Assembly (NCBI GenBank): GCA_009919445.1
Contig: RGBY01000002.1
Location: 1 to 33,775, forward strand
Source: Planctomycetia bacterium
GTDB taxonomy: Bacteria > Planctomycetota > Planctomycetia > Pirellulales > UBA1268
Length of the DNA stretch: 33,775 nucleotides
Reading direction: 5' to 3'
The position numbers and the translations under genes are program-made. The notes beneath the pieces were generated by a model. It was not told where the DNA came from. It saw only the letters and a list, made by a program, of their open reading frames with translations, and did not search any database. Shown here piece after piece: positions 31,758 to 33,775 of the stretch. Positions within the stretch are counted from its first letter, which is position 1, and each line of letters starts with the position of its first letter.

Positions 31758-33775
31758 TGGACCATCGGCTGGGACGAACCGTGCGAGTGTTTCTGGTTGT
31801 GCTGGCCGCAGCCGGACTTTATCGGCTCGCAATCGTACCGTGGGTGGAGCCCCGCTATCGCGAGTCAACAGGCACGACAGAATTAACACCGGAGCAGGCG
31901 GCTGCCATCCGCGCTCGGGCAGATCGTCGACTTGAGCGTATCCGGCAGTTGTTTCCCGCAGGATCGTGGGAGCATGACGAGCCGATTGTCTTGGAAAGCC
32001 GAGGGATGCGGCTGTTGTTCAAGCAGTACCACTCACTTCCAGATGGACGGGTGAACCTGATGCCGTGCACCCTTGTGGTGCTTCCCGATGGGCAGCGCAG
32101 GCCGCAGGGGGAAGAAGGGCGAACGCTCGTGATGCGGGCACCGCAGGGGGCGGTTTTGGAATTCGATGAACCGCTCGACCTGCGGGCAGGGCGGCTGGCT
32201 CGCTTGGTTGGCGGAAGCCTACGCGGCCAGGTGACCATTCGGGGAACTCCCTCGACAGCGACAGCGCAGGATGATCTTGAGGTGGTGACCCGGGATCTTG
32301 AACTCGATCAGTTCGAAATTCGGACCCACGAAAAAGTCGAGTTTCGCTATGGCCGCTCGACCGGGCGTGGTCGGGGGCTTGTGGCAACACTCCTTCCGCA
32401 ACCGGGGGGATCCGGGAAAGGACCCAATATCGGTGGTGTGGATACAGTGCGACTGGAGCAAGAGGTCGAGTTGCGACTGGAGGGCATGGCTGCTGGACTC
32501 ATGCCACAGCCTGGTGGGAGCACAGCCGTACCAGCAGGAGAGGGGCCACCAGTGTTGGTCACTTGTGAAGGATGTCTGACGACAAATCTGTCGGCGCAGG
32601 TCATCACCCTGGAGGATTCGGTTGAAGTTCGACGGGGGATTGTCGAGCAGGGAGGCGACAGGTTGTCGTGCAATGTGCTGGCACTTGTCCTTGGCGATCC
32701 GAGTCATCCCAAGCCTGGCGGTGAGGGCGGAGACGGCATGCAGGTCACGGAAATTCAGGCCAGCGGAACACCCGTGGTTGTGCAAAGCGGGGCTGCCGGT
32801 CTGGAGGTCCGCACGGGACGTTTGGGCTATGAAGTGCAGACCCGCCGCATCCTGCTTGACGGAGACGATCCAGTCTCGGTGGTTGCCGCTGGATTGGAGA
32901 TGGAAGCCAAGTCAATCGACTATACCCCTGGCCCCGCGCAAGCGCCGGGGTCGTTGATGGCAGTTGGCCCTGGCTGGTTGCGGGCCATGGGCCAAAAGCC
33001 ACCAGCCGTTGAGACACGCTGGCAGAAATGGCTGCGGGTACGTCCAGATGACAATGGGCATGTCGCCTCTTTGTCGGGGCAGGCCGAGGTGGCCGTTGAT
33101 CTGCAGGGGCGACTCACTGGTGCCGAGATGCACCTTTGGTTTCAGCAGCAGGCAGAAGAAGCGTCGCAACCACGCGCCGGTGGCTTGCCTAATCTGACTG
33201 CCCTGAAGCCACTGAGAATGTTGGTGCGGGGGGTGGTGGAGGTTGATGTCCCCGAAGTTGCCGCCCGCACGGATCGAATTGAACTCTGGTTCCGAGAGGC
33301 AGCCGGAGAAACGCCGGCGACTCCACCAGTCGCGACAAGTCAGGCCGACACCCAGCCAGCAACTCGTGCCCAGGTATCTAAGGCACCAGTTCCTCCGCAG
33401 CCGGCACGCGTCCCGCGTCGTCCCGTCCCAGCGATTCGTCCACCGGTTGCCGCTCCCCGCAAAATTCTGGCGACCGGTGATCTTATTCGGGGGCTGGTCG
33501 TGATGTCACAAGCCCGAAATGAGCTTGAAGAGATGTCACTGGAGGGGCAGGTGCAATTGGTTGAACAGATCGCTGCCGGAACTGAATCAGACACAGGAAT
33601 TGACATCCGTGGTGATCAGCTCCAGTTGACTCGTCCTACCCGGTTTGATGCCCGCGCCATCGTTTCTGGACGTCCAGCGATCGTGCATGCTGAGCAACTG
33701 GATCTGGAGGGGCCACTAATTGAATTCGACCGTGGTCGCAACCGGGTTGCAGTCGATGGTGGCGGCACATTGACG
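31757..33775 (+). CDS. Large membrane-anchored protein, 3' end off the window (673 codons visible); possibly an LptC/LptA (OstA-like) family protein, judged by position
   Basis: Absent from the ORF track because there is no stop codon in the window. The ATG at 31757 overlaps the kdsDC stop (TGATG). My translation reads MDHRLGRTVRVFLVVLAAAGLYRLAIVPWVEP..., a single N-terminal TM anchor, and stays open to nt 33775. It has beta-rich repetitive segments and a Pro-rich linker (about 33300-33450). The function is inferred only from the kdsD-kdsC-lptC gene order known in E. coli. Confidence 0.55.
   Translation, partial: MDHRLGRTVRVFLVVLAAAGLYRLAIVPWVEPRYRESTGTTELTPEQAAAIRARADRRLERIRQLFPAGSWEHDEPIVLESRGMRLLFKQYHSLPDGRVNLMPCTLVVLPDGQRRPQGEEGRTLVMRAPQGAVLEFDEPLDLRAGRLARLVGGSLRGQVTIRGTPSTATAQDDLEVVTRDLELDQFEIRTHEKVEFRYGRSTGRGRGLVATLLPQPGGSGKGPNIGGVDTVRLEQEVELRLEGMAAGLMPQPGGSTAVPAGEGPPVLVTCEGCLTTNLSAQVITLEDSVEVRRGIVEQGGDRLSCNVLALVLGDPSHPKPGGEGGDGMQVTEIQASGTPVVVQSGAAGLEVRTGRLGYEVQTRRILLDGDDPVSVVAAGLEMEAKSIDYTPGPAQAPGSLMAVGPGWLRAMGQKPPAVETRWQKWLRVRPDDNGHVASLSGQAEVAVDLQGRLTGAEMHLWFQQQAEEASQPRAGGLPNLTALKPLRMLVRGVVEVDVPEVAARTDRIELWFREAAGETPATPPVATSQADTQPATRAQVSKAPVPPQPARVPRRPVPAIRPPVAAPRKILATGDLIRGLVVMSQARNELEEMSLEGQVQLVEQIAAGTESDTGIDIRGDQLQLTRPTRFDARAIVSGRPAIVHAEQLDLEGPLIEFDRGRNRVAVDGGGTLT

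Noticed and set aside
31113-31889. 258-aa minus-strand ORF
   Set aside because: It is antisense to the KdsC portion, which carries all four HAD motifs.
1-33775. Searched for CRISPR arrays, tRNA/rRNA genes, IS elements, integrases, toxin-antitoxin pairs and known defence-system genes
   Set aside because: Apart from the 18-bp tandem repeat, I saw no regularly spaced repeats, no cloverleaf-like or rRNA-like segments in the intergenic regions, and no transposase, integrase or nuclease-type ORFs.

Overview
This is a 33.8 kb GC-rich chromosomal segment (hand-counted 60-nt blocks are mostly 57-65 % GC). Its gene content looks Planctomycetota-like: a MoxR/DUF58/BatA/DUF4159 neighbourhood, an FhcC-type C1 gene, many lipobox proteins and a Cys-rich protein with a YPYYTTRGPRDFL tail. 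I could run no database searches, so every call rests on reading the translations and the DNA. I support about 31 protein-coding genes, and I see no rRNA, tRNA, CRISPR array, transposase or integrase. From left to right:
- An H-NOX heme gas-sensor gene runs off the left edge. It is absent from the ORF track.
- An 18-bp tandem repeat, a lipoprotein gene and a YugP-type Zn peptidase follow.
- A secreted toroid-repeat protein with two DUF4159 modules sits divergent from a translationally coupled moxR-DUF58-BatA-VWA/GATase-like operon. The last gene of that operon is frame-disrupted.
- A HAMP histidine kinase is paired with a sigma54-dependent (GAFTGA) response regulator.
- lexA lies divergent from sppA.
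- A long minus-strand run holds three divergent hsp20 genes behind a consensus sigma54 promoter, then an orphan fhcC/fwdC-like gene, then rpsL-rpsG with no fusA downstream.
- A stand-alone hotdog dehydratase / long ACP / hotdog dehydratase / KAS II cassette follows.
- Next come a Cys-rich lipoprotein, DUF3311 plus a Na+/solute symporter, ybaN and class II fba.
- An apparent kdsD-kdsC fusion is followed, ATGA-type coupled, by a very large membrane-anchored ORF in the lptC position that runs off the right edge.

The best candidates for poorly described biology are:
- the MoxR/Bat/DUF4159 envelope module;
- the mini fatty-acid/polyketide-like cassette;
- the sigma54-driven triple sHSP array;
- the KdsD-KdsC chimera with the giant LptC-position protein;
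- the H-NOX locus.
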